DNA of 36,641 bases, taken from a virus. Its lineage: Duplodnaviria; Caudoviricetes. How positions within the stretch are numbered: the stretch's first letter is position 1; every line of letters starts with the position of its first letter. The stretch spans positions 1-36,641 of IMG/VR virus record IMGVR_UViG_3300044580_000418; one strand, written 5' to 3'. The position numbers were made by a program, and so were the translations under genes. Below the pieces are notes generated by a model, which saw only the letters and a program-made list of their open reading frames with translations, was not told the DNA's origin and searched no databases. Positions 36,597-36,641 of the stretch are shown one piece after another.

Positions 36597-36641
36597 TGGT
36601 GCCACCGGGAATCGAACCAGGGACACACGGATTTTCAGTCC
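36597..36641 (-). tRNA. tRNA-Phe(GAA), 3' portion; prophage att site
   Basis: GGACTGAAAATCCGTGTGTCCCTGGTTCGATTCCCGGTGGCACCA: anticodon loop CTGAAAA, T loop TTCGATT; truncated by the window end. Confidence 0.92.

Larger units (their letters stand above)
19..36641. mobile_element. Prophage (partial; tail and lysis modules absent)
   Basis: Integrase beside a tRNA, then repressor, replication, packaging and head modules in canonical order. Confidence 0.95.

Noticed and set aside
1-36641. CRISPR array, retron/DGR reverse transcriptase, IS transposase, stop-codon recoding
   Set aside because: No spaced repeats, RT or transposase motifs seen; core genes are full length under the standard code

Overview
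About 36.6 kb of a temperate tailed (Caudoviricetes-type) prophage of a Bacteroidota host. Host evidence is TAnnTTTG promoters, a DUF4373-type initiator and a Bacteroidota-like tRNA-Phe. From the right end: 3' half of tRNA-Phe(GAA) as the att site, tyrosine integrase, a plus-strand immunity/accessory block (CI-like repressor, DUF4041/T5orf172, SDH/ClpP-fold protease), then a minus-strand early region (Cro/LuxR/Xis-like, RecT + exonuclease, DUF4942 MTase, SNF2 helicase, HNH, initiator with iterons). Next come GH16, ParB/ParB-MTase, terminase, portal, MuF, scaffold, decoration, major capsid and head-completion genes, truncated at an Illumina adapter at base 1. Two morons interrupt the late region: a DprA+PRTase (ShosTA-like) pair, and a 4.3 kb insert between terL and portal. 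That insert holds a HEPN-motif gene, a candidate sRNA, a DNA MTase, a secreted nuclease module, an integron-type cassette splitting a lipoprotein gene at G/TT, and a stand-alone abiF-like hairpin RNA. A 112-nt tRNA-like element lies in the early region. Family calls come from motif recognition only; no database was searched.
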